A stretch of 55,382 nucleotides of DNA, filler included, from Sphacelaria rigidula (lineage: Eukaryota), in assembly GCA_964200075.2 (NCBI GenBank). It is 6 parts of 6 records of this genome, joined end to end, with 100 filler letters (N's around TTAATTAATTAA, not from the genome) between each part and the next. Parts side by side here need not be neighbours in the genome. Positions count along the whole stretch, not along the records: positions 9,249 to 18,395 come from CAXNAA020009180.1; positions 18,496 to 27,642 come from CAXNAA020009181.1; 4 more parts are not named here. One strand, given 5' to 3'. The notes below the pieces were generated by a model. The model was not told the origin of the DNA, searched no databases, and saw only the letters and a program-made list of their open reading frames with translations. Below, one piece after another: positions 12,201-25,760 of the stretch (position 1 is the stretch's first letter; the number at the start of each line of letters is the position of its first letter). Both the position numbers and the translations under genes were made by a program.

Positions 12201-15200
12201 TATCGGAATACGCGTGCACATGATTCATGGGCGGATGACAAAATCATGGGTCGAAATACACCCAACCTAAACTTTAGGGGGGGGGGGGGGGGGGTTAGGG
12301 AAACACAAAAGGTGGAGGGGGAAATCCAAAAGGCAGAAAGGAACGCATAGCGATTTTTTCCCGTCCCTCNNNNNNNNNNTGTAGTAGAGGAGCGACCATA
12401 GAATGGGGGGGGAAAGAGAAAATCAGGGACAAAAAACCCCCAACGAGGGGGGGGGGGGGGGGGGGGGGGGGCTTAGGGACACACAAATGGCTGAAGCGAG
12501 AATCCACAAGGCAGAGAAGCACGCATATCCAATTTCGTCAGTCCCTACCTCGAATTTTTGAGAAACGGGAACAAGGAATAATATCGACCAAATCCCACAA
12601 CGAGCTGGTGACCAACAACAGGCTCCGTTCGTGTGTTCATGACCAGCATTGGGCGCTGACTTGAACCCCCACAACCACCGAAAAAGAGCGAAGGCAGGGG
12701 ATGTCAGATGCCGGTACACCGAATTACCCTCTGCACTGAGACACATATAGGGCAGGTGTATCATGACGCGAGTACTTTTCGTAACTCGAAGAAAAGAGGG
12801 CATCTTCAGTCCACGTGTGAAGAGGGTAATGATGAATTAGAGACTTTCGGAAAACAAAAATAGGCAAGCAAAACTGAGGAATAATTATCGTTCGATTGAG
12901 TTTTAGTGAGAAGACCCAAATTAGCCCTCAGTTTTTGGTTGAAAAAAATGGTTTCCGAAACCCTCTGCACAACGGAAGAGGACACGTTATAGAGCCACAT
13001 GAAAAACGAGAGGGTGAAGTGAAAAATATTTGGGAAAGGAGGAAAAACAAGAAAAGCTACCTTCGATCGAGTTGATTTTGCACGTCTAGACAGGGATGCG
13101 CAGAAGAGCCGACAACAACAGCGCCGCTCAGAAGGTAGCTGAGCATGAGGTGTCCGGTCTGTGAGAACTGTCATCGTACATCTCTAACCGCGTGATCGTC
13201 GACGGAGTACAAGTAGTAGATATTAAACGGAAGTGTACCCCTACTACCTGAACAACGGAAGTAGCGGATGGCTGAGCGTGGTTAAACAGTCGAGGGTTAA
13301 GCCAAAAAAGCGCATGACTCGAGTAAATGGGAGGCAACAAGTGCGCAGAAAGGCCCGAAGATACCCCCACACAGACGGGGGGGAACCGATTGTGCCACCC
13401 ATCGGTACAATACAAAACTGACACAGGACTCGGTCGTTTCGTCCACACGCCGGGGTATATGACACAGGTACTTGATAGTGTACAGTAATACTGAAACTGG
13501 AGGAAAGGGAAGTACTCGGCGTACTGCAATGTCAAACAGTTCTAACACGGCGAACCAGGGCCAGGGGTCAATGACATGGCACCACCGGTATCACCCTTCC
13601 CTCGACGAAGACGGCCACAGATCGGAGGACCTGCCCACTTGCACTGTAAAGTGTGGTACTGTAGCGCGATGCCTTTCTCGCAGCCGCTGACACACCGCAG
13701 ACCCATATCAAGGATTTATTCTACGGTCTATCACGCGCTTACAACCATCTTGTTTCCAACGCAACCTGTATTGCGCAGTTTCGTACTTATTGTACAGAAA
13801 CTTATTGCAGAGTAACATCCGCAAGGCTGAAGGGTAGCAACACAACAAAGACCATACACGAGGTGCCTCGGGAAGTACCATATCCTAATTGCCTTACCAT
13901 CGTCGAAAAGTGTCGGGGAACATGTCGAACTGTCAGGGACCAAAAGGGGCTGAAATGACGTCAAGCGTAGGGGATCTGATTGCGAAATTTGAGCTGATAA
14001 ATGATCGCTGCGTAGCCCACCAGGGTTTCGAAGCTCACCCGCAATGCGCAGCCAGAATCACGTTCTTGGCCACACCTGTCTGTTCCCGAAAAAATAAGAA
14101 ATACCTCCAACTTGTATCATTATATGTATTTCAGACTCGAGGTTCCTTATATATTTGGCGGTAACTTACTGTGAATCATGCCAGAAATCTTTCGAGAAAT
14201 TCGAGAGTACCGGCAAACTGGAGTTCGAGATACCTTCAATATTACATATGTTCATATTTTCAAGACGGGCAGCAGCACGGCAGTCACATGCGCATGCATG
14301 AAGATCGTTGGCAGAGCTTTCGTGGGACCGAACAAATGCCACCGCCGCAGTATTGGGAGTGAGCGTTATGCGCGTTGTGCATGCACGAATGACTGACACA
14401 AGCTTCGGTTTACCAGTATGCCTCAGGTCTTGCCTTGCGGCAGAGCTTCATGGTATTCATCACCAAAACAAGAAGGGAAAGAATGAATCCGACTACTGTC
14501 CTGATGATGGTCTCATGTTCCGTAATACTTCTATTTTACTTCAGCCGGTGGAACATTACACACATTTTTCAAACCCCTACTACGAAGTTGTACTGTAATG
14601 AAAAATAACAGCAAGAACCCGGTAGTGAAGGACGACCATTACAGGCGCAACACACAACATGCACACGTTGACATCCCGACAGGACACGAAGCGACTAAAG
14701 TGACGCACTGATTAGCTGAGCATTGTAGATAGCCCATGGTTCCAGATCCAGTCAGTTAGAGTAGCAAGCCCACTCACGAAGATTGCGTGTGTGGAGATGG
14801 GAAATAAAGGCTCGACCCCTCAAGACCACAGTTGTGATGAAATTTACAGGGACTAAAGGAAGTTGCAATGGAAGGGCGGGTGTTAAAAGACGCGGGTGCT
14901 GAAACGAACTGGCTACACGTGAAATGATGGAAGAACATGTTGACATTTTCTCGACTTGCGCGAGGCAAACACACAACATGTGATTTTCTGTACCGTGCAA
15001 TCCTGCCTCCTTGCGGCAGCCACCATTACCAATAAATTCGAGGCATCCAGAAAAGACCCGGAAATTCGAGAATTCGCCTCGATGAACTCTTTACCCATCG
15101 TCTGCTCACCAACGCGTAGGGATCATACGTGGGGCCCCAACAAACATTCAAAAAAAAAATATATATATATATATCGACATATGCGTGTATATGTATATTG

Positions 15201-16660
15201 ATAGCGACAGGGGGGAGGGGGGGGTAATTAATACCGAGAACGACCATCGTACCGTCAAGAGGCGAAAAACACTCGGAGGGAAAGACATGGAGCCACCACC
15301 GTGAAAGATAACGGCGAGTCATGAGAGCCCAGCGCGGCGAAGCATGCAGCGCCGTATCACATGAGATGACGTGGAAAATATACTAACACCATGCGCCACG
15401 CACACAAGGCTGGCAAAAACTGAAACATGAAACGTCTCCACAAGAAAAAAAAATGAGACTTTACATCACGATCAAGTACTCCCGCCCGTGTTTGTTGAGC
15501 GCCTACGCTTTGATTTCTTCAAATAGGAGCGATATTCTGCTGAATCGATAGATGCCAAATGCCGGAGTTATGTTGCAGGGGACACGGCCAAAACGACTGC
15601 ACAAGGTAGAAACAAGAGCGCTCGGCACAAATGCAAACCAACACCAGAATGAACAAAACACAGCACGAAGCGAACTGACCTGGATCTCATTATAAAGGCT
15701 GCAAAGTAATCTCTCCTTCGCCTCCAGCGTAATCTCCTTGACCGCCATAAGCTCCCCCGTATCATCGTTCATTCCCAAATAGACATTCCCACAGCTTCCC
15801 ACCCCAATAGGCTTTCCTTTCTTCCAGTGACCCTTCCTGACCCGCCCCACCTCCCGTGCTGCGCACGGTCCGGGGCTTGCTAACCGCCTAGTGGGCGATC
15901 CAAACCCACTCTCGGAATACGTGGAGTAACTCGACGGAGGCGACGAGGGACCCGTGCACATATGCCCGGGTGCGACAAAAAGCGCGGGTGATCTAGACGG
16001 CCGTCCGCCCAGTGACCTTGGCCTGCCCACTATCACCCCCAACGTCCCGTTTGCGGAGCACGCGGAAGCGAAGGTGTCACGATCATGCAGACCGCCTCCC
16101 CCACCTCCACCGCAGCCGCCCCCTACGCGATGCCGCGTGGAAGAGTCCTCCTCGACACCCAGGGCGAGTACGCTGAGATCCAGCTGTTCCAGATCCACGC
16201 GCGTGATGGGCGAATCAGGTCGTGCATTGTTGGTGTGGCCGCCTCCTCTGGTGTTTCGTGCGTTGGCATCACCATCAGCTCTCGTTGAGGGGACGGGTGC
16301 ATTGTTGGTTGCGGCAGCCGCCGTCTCGCTGTCCTCACCGCACTTACTCGCGGCTGACAATGACCGTTCCCCCCTCACTTCACCTCCAGCCTCACTTAGA
16401 CAGCCTCTCTTTTCGGTTCTGCTGCGTCTCGCAAAGGAAGTGCCACAGGTGCCGTAACTCTCACTAGGCCGGGTTCTCGCCCTGGCAAGCGACTGCACTG
16501 GCGACCACTGCTGCCGTGGAGTAGCGTCATCGTCGCCGAGGTCGTGAAGGCAGGGTGAAGGTGGAGTGGGCGCCATGTCTCCGTCGGTGTAAGCGCTCGA
16601 GCTCCACGGACTCGCCGCGTCTTTAAGAACGTGATCGTCCGGATCGATTGGACCCATCAT
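9249..16660 (-). CDS. MAP kinase kinase kinase (STE11/MEKK/NPK1-like Ser/Thr kinase), 3'-truncated by the linker; exons 16660-15680, 10607-10338, 9430-<9249
   Basis: Spliced product has WKKGKPIGVGSCGNVYLG...GELMAVKEI, HPHIVGYLG, IFQEWVPAGSL, HRDVKSKNILVD, LADFG, GTPLFMAPE and DIWSLGCAVLEM. Canonical GT-AG phase-0 introns. Long S/P/G-rich N-terminal region in exon 1; an in-frame stop lies upstream of the ATG at 16660. Confidence 0.93.
11536..11755 (-). mobile_element. 5'-truncated SINE copy (same family as 43222-43727)
   Basis: Shares GGCGCACCAGCCGGGGT.ACACA..., the TTGTCCCATC..CT.GACG motif and a CA-rich tail with the 43.2-kb copy. Confidence 0.75.
11884..12097 (+). mobile_element. 5'-truncated SINE copy, inverted relative to 11536-11755
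   Basis: Reverse complement matches 11536-11755; ends GATGGGATGACAACACACACAC. Confidence 0.75.
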
Positions 16661-18147
16661 CGTTGCAGCGTCTGGGCTAATTACTGTTCGCCTCACGCGC
16701 CGCCGTAGCTTGCTCCTCTACTCCTGTGCCCGTGCCTGGCTGTAGGTCTTGCGGAGAGAGAGGTCTGTGTGCGTGACTCCAAAAAAGGAGAGAAAATGGA
16801 CGCCCACAACATACACAATCGAATCGCGAGTGTAGCTGCCTGAGCTATAGCTGGTCTACAGGCAGTCTTTGGCCTTGATCGAAAGAGAGATCACGTGCGT
16901 TGGTGTGGACACCCCGACACCGACACGGTCACGGCTTACAACGAGAACTTTGGGCGACCGCACTTCACCCCTTCGTCTACGTGGGCTCTGAGCCTTCACG
17001 GACCCTGTGGGAGAAAACGAGACTTTTGGGGCTTCTAAATTTAGGTCAGTATTTGTTACACTAAAAATGGTGTACACTATAGTACAGAACAGTCGACTCT
17101 GATCATTGGTTGAAACTATCCCGAAAATTCAGTTCCGATTGATATACTCGTATAACGTATAATGATCCGGTCTGCTTCGTTCACCTGTCGCAGGACCTAA
17201 TCACACACAGGGGTCGTTAGATTTTTCAAGTCGTGGTGAAAGTCGTCTCATCATTAGGTCGCATATGATCGTATGCATGTCGCTGCTAGGTACGTGTGGC
17301 TTCGCAAGAAAGTGCGTGTGTTCTATGTTCGATCAATATTGAAAATGACTCAAATCACGGTCTGGCGCTTTTCCCGTCATGAAGTGGATCCGGCTGTAAT
17401 AGAGCAAGGAACTCACTACCTCGTACACTACTTTTGTTCTGAATTACTCGCTCTTACCACATACTGTATACAAATTCCGCTCTCCTTCTCGGGCTGCCCG
17501 GTCTGGGGCGGGTGTGTGAACTGCGAACCTGCACGCACACACCTGAAGTGTAGAGAAAAGGCATTATCATCGTCGACAGTAGTAATACCAGCAACAGCAG
17601 CAATAGTGCAGCAACCGTATTTCTTCCCTACCTACTGCTCACGCTCGACGATGACGGTACTAAATCCTGATGCGGCGTAATTTTTCCCGACGGGGTTTTC
17701 CCAACGGCAAAAATTGCCGCGGCTACCCAGCTCGCGGCAGCGGCACCAGGTAGCTGCCGCGGAGAGCGTGGGATACGTAGCTAGTTATTTACACGTGTGT
17801 AAGCACAAGGAACGAGGCGGTAATGGAACCGGTCGAGGCATGTCGGGACTGCTGCCCCCGAAACCATGTCTGATAGCAAGCACGCACGGAGCAAGGTCAA
17901 TTTCAGAACAGAAATATACACTTGAACGGCTCAGGGCAGGCATAAGGATTGGATCCGCTGCCTACGGAAGACATGAAGGCGTTCGGTATCGAACGGCAGG
18001 GGTGGACTACCAGAGCCTTGAATGCAGTAGAGTGGCACAGCTGTATACAACAGGGAGAAGAAAAGTTTATGGCGGACTGATGCCAAAAGGATGACACAGA
18101 GGCAGCGATACGGCACGCGAAAGTTGCAGGCCAAAATGCACCGACAG

Positions 18148-18335
18148 AACCTGGGACCGACAGTACCAACACCAACTCATCATAACCTACGCCAGATACG
18201 TGAAGCGTTGCGTTTGGTCCCCATCTCTGCTTTATTCAGAAAAACCTGGGACCGAGAGTACCAACGCACTAACTCATCATAGCCTACGCCAGATACGTAA
18301 AGTGCTACGTTTGGTCCCCATCTCTGAGTTGTTCA
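18148..18335. repeat. Tandem duplication, 2 x ~95 bp
   Basis: AACCTGGGACCGA.AGTACCAAC...CCTACGCCAGATACGT...CGTTTGGTCCCCATCTCTG occurs twice in tandem. Confidence 0.9.
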
Positions 18336-19099
18336 TCTCTAGTTCCTGGTGGTTTATTGTCTGTTTTTTGTGTTCCGTCTGTGCTTCCCCACCCCNNNNN
18401 NNNNNNNNNNNNNNNNNNNNNNNNNNNNNNNNNNNNNNNTTAATTAATTAANNNNNNNNNNNNNNNNNNNNNNNNNNNNNNNNNNNNNNNNNNNNAGGAC
18501 AGCTGTTTCCACTATGCAGAGCGGGAAGGGTACACAGCACGTGTTTGTCAAAGCGGTTAGGCTGAGAGTTCCACAGTAAGCATTGGTTTGGATGCTGCTG
18601 GCATTTCTATTGGAGAGGGCAGACATGCCATGCAGCTCGAACGGAATACAGGCAGCTCCGCTGCAGCTTTTGCCGTTCAGGAGTGCGCTGGGCAGGAGGT
18701 GGTGGCTGAAACGGGTATATTTGATCCAGCTGCTGCTGACGCTGCTGTTGAAAGGACAGAGCCAATTATCTTCAATCAGCTAGCGCTGAGAGGCAAAGGC
18801 CCTGGTTGCTTGTGCCCGCCAGACCAGCGCGTGATTGGGGACACACCTTGCATGCTCGCCGCTGCAATGGGGTGTTATCTTCGTGATGAGAGTGAGCAGA
18901 GCAAGCTTGGGGCTCGCGATGCTCAGGGCGAGTCTATCTGCTTCAGTGATTTGGCGGGAGTTTATTCAGATGACTCGCAGGGGTGTCTGCTTGCAGGGAA
19001 ATTGGATGCCGGGTTGGCGGATGTGGATTCGCTGGATTACGTGGTGTTGCGGTGGTCATGCGCATTGCTGTTTACATGGACAGCTTTGGCTTGTTTGGC

Positions 19100-20900
19100 G
19101 GCAATGGCGGAGATATCTCCACTGTTGCGCCGTGGGGTGTTCGAGGAGGACAGTGTGCCATCAGGAGGTGTTGCTGTTCGGGACTGTGTAGCATTTCCGT
19201 TTCGCCTGTGGTTTCCTCTGTAAAACTGACTGAAGCACAGGTGTTCAGTACTGCTCAAGCATCTGTGGAGGCATACGGCTTGTCGCATTGGTTCGACGGT
19301 GCGGATATACCATTTAGTGGCGAACTCAGCGGCTCCACGAGGGTGCGAGGAGCGAGTGTTCGAGTGGAAACGCTGCTCTACGCGCTGTGCACGAGGTCGT
19401 GGTTCGAGTGCTACTGTTTCTCAGGAGCGGGCTGGAGGACGACAAAGAAGGCATTACCGGAGGTGTTGCATTTGTTGTGAGCGCCGAGTTGGGTGATGAT
19501 GTTGAGGAGCAACTGCTGAGGTGATCGAGTGCTTGTTGAGAATGAGGAAACACATTATGACTGGTATTCGCGAATCGTTTTGAAAACGATTGCAGCTTGT
19601 TATTGTGTGGTTTGTGGCCATGTTTGCGCATGAAACATGGTCGTTGAGCGAGCATGATCGTATCGCGTATGCAGAGTGAAACTCTGGCGTACACGTGGAT
19701 CTTTGGCATATGTGTGTTGTGCTGATCTGGTTGGCACGGACGATGCATGGTGTTTGCTGCGAGAAAGGTCGCATTGCATGTGCTGGGTGAAATGCCGGCA
19801 TGCATGTGTGGAATGTTCGCTACAGTATGTAGACTAGATAACTGCCGAAGAGTCAGGGTGAGGCAGTTTTTAATATACTGCTGTATGCTGGATGAGTTGA
19901 ACCTCGTATATTCCTGGTCACACAGACACGCGGCGGAGTTCTCTTTGTGCCGTTTGTGGGTCCTGACTGTAGGAGATGGTGATTATGAGCAGTAACTACG
20001 AAAAGCCTAGGCTCGTATGCGCGCAAGGAACACGCGAGGGTTTCTTGTGGTTGAAGGTGAGTGATCTTTGGCTATGGAACCTTTTTTGAGGGAATATTTC
20101 ATTTCCGTCTAGAAGCATCGTGTGAATGGAGTGTCCGTTTGTCTAAGCAAGCGGTGCAGGTGAGCTGCAAGTCTGTTGGGATATGAAAAACGTTTTATAT
20201 CGCGGTTGATCGACCGATGGAATATGATGTTCCTATATCCCAGTTGGAATATTATATCTGGGTGCTTTCTGGGATGTATTCGGTACAAACGAGTTTGAGA
20301 ACGATATCACTACGGGTGATCAATGATGGCGGAGGTCGAGGTCCGTTTGCCGTTGTTGGATTGGTATACATGGCTTGAAAAGCGGTTTGAGTCATGGCTC
20401 ATTTTGTTTTTAGTATTCTCATGAGTTGAGTGAGACAATGAAGCTTTCACGAAGAAAACGTATGCGAGGCATACGTTTTCACGGAGTTGAATAAGCAAGA
20501 GGCCAGCTGCGCTCTAGACGCGTTGGATATTTATTTGGTTCTAGTTTCAGGTATATTGCTTGGCTGCTGCACTCCGTTGCGCAGGTGTTGAACGTACGAA
20601 AGAGGAATTTGTATGTTGAACGGTCTCGAATGCGAGAGATAAATTGTCACGATCGCTTCAAAAATTTAAAGTTCGTTGACGTTTACATTTTTTTTGCCGG
20701 TTTGGAGTCAGGGGACGTGTTCGAGGCATGGTTTTGAAAATTGGGCGTCAGCTATCGCTTCGTGACTCGGAGCGATGCAAGCAGGGTGACTGCGTGTTTA
20801 TGATGGACGTTCTGGATTTCTTGCAAGTTGTCGGAAATTGAACAAGCTTGTATGGCTGTTATCGTATACTGCGGTAGAAATGGCCATTTTATGTGAAAAA
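19100..20900 (+). repeat. Left arm of a diverged ~1.8-2 kb inverted repeat (partner ~22520-24540)
   Basis: For example, 20314 GGGTGATCAATGATGGCGGAGGTCGAG is the reverse complement of ~23073-23099, and 19540-19740 matches the reverse complement of ~23870-24070. Collinear throughout. Confidence 0.85.
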
Positions 20901-21376
20901 TGACGGTAGACTTCGGCAACAATGATGTCTGAGTTTATCAAGCTCTAGGTTGACTACTTGTTGGTAGTAAGCGAGCTTTGGGGGTGCTGTAGACTCCGGG
21001 CAAAATTGTTACCTTGGTTCGGTACATGACTGCAGTGGAGAAAATGCAAAGCAGGCGTTTATAGGCTCGCTGATGGATAATCGTGATGTATGATGTTTCC
21101 ATACCAGTTGCAAGGTTACTTCTGGTCAACGAAGACTGCTGTTTGTATAACTGCTCGAGTCTTGAAGTCTCTGGAGCCCGTGACAGGGAGGGGGCCTCTG
21201 GGGCAGCACTGTGACCTTATTCTGATTCCAGACAGGTTCACACGACGTACACTGAAGGGTATGCCGGTGAGAGTGTACACTGGTACACTGTAGGGTCGCG
21301 TCATCATTTAACAGTGGATTCTGGAAAATGGGGTTGATCCTAATGAGGGTCAAGTAGCATATCTTTTTTGCAGGGA

Positions 21377-21833
21377 TGACACGAAACAGTCACACGTAGT
21401 GAAACCATCCTTCTCCCCAAAAGCTTGCAGCAGTGAAGCAGGTTTGGCTAGGTGCACCAAACGAATGCGGTGTACACGCGTTTCGATGACGATATCACCA
21501 GAGAAAGAAGCAACGACAGAGAGGAAGCTCCTCGCCCGTGTCCTTCGTGTGTCCGTCCTCGCTCGGCGATCACCAATCGCTTGTGACGCCAGCAGGTTGC
21601 TAGTACTGTAGCGTCTGAGGCTGTTGAGGAACTCCCTAGTTCCACTGGCCTCAAGTTTCAGTTGTCAGCCTTGACAACACCATTACTATCCTGGATTGCC
21701 ACCCAGGCGGCTCCATCAACCACATCAGGGTATCACCCCTGTGTCCATGTCATCATCCATATCATCCCTACAGATACCAAGTCATCATCCAATCATCACA
21801 ATATACTCAACGTGAGGGCGTGATTTCGTCACA
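21377..21833 (-). mobile_element. Putative 3' LTR of a Ty3/Gypsy chromovirus
   Basis: On minus it begins TGTGACGAAATC just after a purine-rich GGGGGTGC and ends ...GTTTCGTGTCA (imperfect terminal inverted repeat). It lies immediately downstream of a chromodomain remnant. A related LTR start is at 36990-37055. Confidence 0.6.
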
Positions 21834-21931
21834 GCACCCCCAAAGTGCGTTGGACGAGAAGGGAGCAACAAGCTTGACACACAGATAATTAACGCCATAA
21901 CGATTGAGCAAGTCACAACTGAACACCAAAC

Positions 21932-22160
21932 TCACGCGTAATGCGAGCACTGAAAGAACGAGTGAGTCACTCGCACCTTAAGCAACTTCTTTTGGAGAAA
22001 TTCCGGAGCGGCCTCGAAAATATTTTTGAAAGGCTCCCACGTACGCTCATCGACTTCGAAACAAACCCAGTCGACTAAAACGATCAACGGACGATCCTTT
22101 GCCTCTGCCACGCGAACAATCCCAGCCATCTGAAATTGCCCCTGATTGAAAGCGTGCTTC
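21932..22160 (-). pseudogene. Integrase C-terminal chromodomain remnant (chromoviral Ty3/Gypsy)
   Basis: HAFNQGQFQMAGIVRVAEAKDRPLIVLVDWVCFEVDERTWEPFKNIFEAAPEFL matches the chromodomain pattern (LV.W.G....TWEP); followed by PPT and LTR. Confidence 0.75.
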
Positions 22161-22519
22161 TGTCACTCAAGATCGGATTGCCATGTAGACTCCTCCCATC
22201 ATGGGCACATGGATTTCAGCAGCTTTAGTTATTCATATATTAACCCTCACCATAGTACAGGAGAACAGGACCATAGCCTCTTCCCACCAGAGTAGCGAAA
22301 CCGGCTCTACTCGTCATGGAGGTCACCATCACAGAGTGCGGCAATCAGACCCGCAACTCCACCAACGAATGCCCCTAACCTTAGGTAACAATGGTGGCTA
22401 GAGTCTACAGCACCCGCAAAGCTCTCCACTACCAACAAGTAGTTACATCAGAGCTTGACAAACTCAGGCATCATTGGTGCCTGACAGTACCGTCGTTTCT
22501 CGCAAAGAATAGCAATCTC

Positions 22520-24540
22520 TTCCGCTGCTTCGACAACAGCTCCATACAAGCTTGCCCCACTTCCGAACAACTCGCAAGAGATCCCGAGAAAATATCTTCC
22601 ACCATGAACATGCAATCACGATACTTGAACCACTTCGAGTTACAAAGCGATCGCTGGCGCCGAATTCTCAAATATTCGCCCAAAACAAGTCTCTTGACTC
22701 TTCATCTGCACAAAACCGGAAATGTCAGCAAACGTCCAATTCCAGAGCATTCGTGACTCATCGTCCCTCTCATCCGAGACAAAGTACTTCTCAACATACA
22801 AAATGCACTCTCTGTATGTTCAACACCTGTGCAACGGAGTGCAACAGTCAAATGATACATCATCCTCACGCTAGAAGGAAATATGCACCCAACACGTCTA
22901 AAACGCACCTGGCCTCTTGCTTCTACGACCCCGTAAAAAACGTATGCATCGCATGCGTCCCCGCCGCAAAGCTTCAATGCCTCAACTTGCCATCATTCCA
23001 TTCAGACAATCAAGGGACTCAAACCGCTATTCAAGTCATGTATACTAATCCAACGACGGCGAACGGACGGATCTCGACCTCCGCCATCATTGATCACCCC
23101 TCGTGAGCTCGTTCTCGAACTCTTGTTTTCGAGCAAATCCCAGACATTTATTTCTATATCTCGTTTGGATCTTGGACCGTCATATCCCGTCCGTGCATCA
23201 GCCAAAACGTAGAAATAATGCTTTCCTCGACACTCTTGCAGTCCACCTGCACCAGTTCTTTGAACAAGTGAACGCATCATCAACATGCTCCTTCTGACAT
23301 GAACGAAAAACCAACCACGTGCTCGTTCGAACTCGTGACAATCCATACAAAAACGTGCCACAGTCAGAGATCATTGATTCATGCGCGCATAATGTCTTTA
23401 TCTTCAACCACCGGAAGCACTCGCGTCATACCTGCTCACATACGACGAGCCTACGCATTTCGTGTTTTTCAGCTCATGTTCACGCTAACAGCAGGAGTCA
23501 CCGTCTCCTACAGTCAGTACGAGCCTAAGTATTTCGTAGTTTATTGCTTATTTTCACGCTAACAGCAGCAATCCATATACCCTGCAGTCAGTACGTGCAA
23601 ACCGCACAAATATAATCCGACTGTGTTCCTACGTGTGTAAGATTATACGAGCTTCTCTCCATTTAGCATACAGCAGTATATTGAAAACTGCCCCACCCTA
23701 GGTCATCACCAGATACCATTCATATCAGTACCATTCGAGCAGAAATTCGCACATGCCTGCCAAACTTCCCCTCAGCACATGGAAATCCGCACATGCATGC
23801 CAATACTTGACTCAGCACATGCAATGTCATCGTCCTCGCGGCAAATATCATGCGTTGTCCGTGCCAACTAGATCAGCACAACACACATATACCAAATACC
23901 CACGTGTACGCCAGAGTTTTACCCTGCACACGCGATACGATCATACCCGCTCAACAACCATGTTTCATGCGTAAACACGACCACATACCACACAATAACA
24001 AGCTGCAACCATTCTCAAAACGATTCGCGAATACCAGTCATAATGTGTTTCCTCATTCTCAACAAGGACTCAATCACCTCAGCACTTGCTCCACAACATC
24101 AGTACCTAACTCGGCGCTCACCACTATAGCAAACACCTCAAGTAATGCCTTCTTTGTAGTCCTCCAGCCCGCTCCTGAGAAACAGCAGCACTCGAACCAC
24201 AACCTCATGCACAGCGTAGAGCATCCTTTCCTCTTGAACACTTCCTCCTGGCACCTTCAGTCTTGCTACAGCTAGCACCCTTATGGTGTAGCTCAACACG
24301 CCTCTCAAAGGTAGATTCGCACCGCCAAACCAATGCGGCAGATCCTCCGACCCCACAGATGCTTGCGCATTCACAAACGCTCGTTCTTCAGTCGCTTTTT
24401 CAGAGGAAATAAGAGGCAAAACGGAAACATCCATACAGTCCCGCACAGCAATACCTCCCGTTGGCATCACGCCATCCTCCTCCAGCGCCTGACCGTACGG
24501 TGGCAAAGACACCATCGCTACTGGCTTACAGCAAGGCGAT
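22520..24540 (-). repeat. Right arm of the diverged inverted repeat; further partial copies at ~25850-26410 and ~26600-26850
   Basis: Reverse-complement homology to 19100-20900. 25930-26300 is the reverse complement of ~20700-21075. 26640-26840 is the reverse complement of ~22155-22420. Confidence 0.8.
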
Positions 24541-25544
24541 TTGTCTCGTGATCTCGAACGAATATCCAGTTGAGTCAATTCATGCACATCCAAATACGTG
24601 ATGACTAATATGTATCATGTTGACTACACCAGAACACGTGGCAAGTACACCATACTGTTTGTGCACTGATATTCATTATTACCATCATGTCGACCATATT
24701 TCACAAACTGACGCACCGTTCATACATCAGGCATCCGTATTGTATTGTCTCACCGTTACTCAGCAACCAACCAGCAAAAAGCATAGCAAATGAGTATACG
24801 TCCAACGCAGTACAGTTCACACGGAACTACAAGGATCTTGATCACAGCTTCAGAGGCGATTCAGTTTATCATTTTCTTCTTGGTGGCGTTAAACTTGCAC
24901 TCGAAAGGGAGTGAACACCAGGGTTTTAGTATCCAAATTGAATTCCGACCGAATCCTACCAAATACAAAGAGGCATGTTTATGTATTCTGTCTCCCACGG
25001 ATCCAAATACCCTCACCCCTGACTGTGGCACTCGCCAGTTCCTGCAGGCAGCCCTCCGGGCTTTTACTCGTCAGGATCGACGGCCCATCATTATAATGCC
25101 CTCATCCACCATCACGCCGCGATCATAACAACCCCCCTCCAGCCTAGGGTTGGCAAACCCTGGGGCTGAATGTGGTTCGACGATGGATCGCCGCATCATC
25201 ATGTTCCTCTTCCCCGAGTGATCGGAGTTGCTTCGTGTAGCCGTTGATCTTGATAACCATTCTGCCGGGTTAGACCACGTAGGGAATTTTAACACCGTGC
25301 AGGACGGACTTCGAACAGCCTCAGCAACTCCCGCTCTTGTAGACCTCTCTGCTAGGTTAGCCCACGTAGCGAATTTAAACGCCCAACAGAAATGATCCCA
25401 TCTGATTCAGTTCGACTCTGGAACTGCTCCGGTATCTCGCATCGACCGCGTATTTACGTACCTGTTTCTGAACCATCTCCCCTCAGTCTCCATCCTCATA
25501 CTTGATACGATAGAACGGTTGCCGGAGATCGAAAACCATCTCCT

Positions 25545-25760
25545 CGAATTCCTGTTCTCACCTTGGTTGTCTGCAAACAACTTACAGATCTTTGTACCCC
25601 GGGAAATCTGACTCCCCCCCGGCGTCACTTCCAAGAAAATTGGATATTCAGAGGAATTCCTGTTGCTCACCTTGCTTGTCTGCAACGGCTTACGGAGCTT
25701 CGTACCTCGGGAAATCTGACTCCCCCTCAGCGCCACTTCTATGGAAATAGGGTATCCAGA
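25545..25760. repeat. Tandem duplication, 2 x ~108 bp
   Basis: GAATTCCTGTT.CTCACCTTG.TTGTCTGCAA...GGGAAATCTGACTCCCCC occurs twice. Confidence 0.9.

Noticed and set aside
12275..12550. Apparent tandem duplication after poly-G tracts, with TTAGGG-like motifs
   Set aside because: It flanks a 10-N gap and the first copy looks like a low-quality read of the second. Probable assembly artefact, not a telomere.
15954..16457. 167-aa plus-strand Pro/Ser-rich ORF
   Set aside because: Antisense of the GC-rich MAP3K exon 1.
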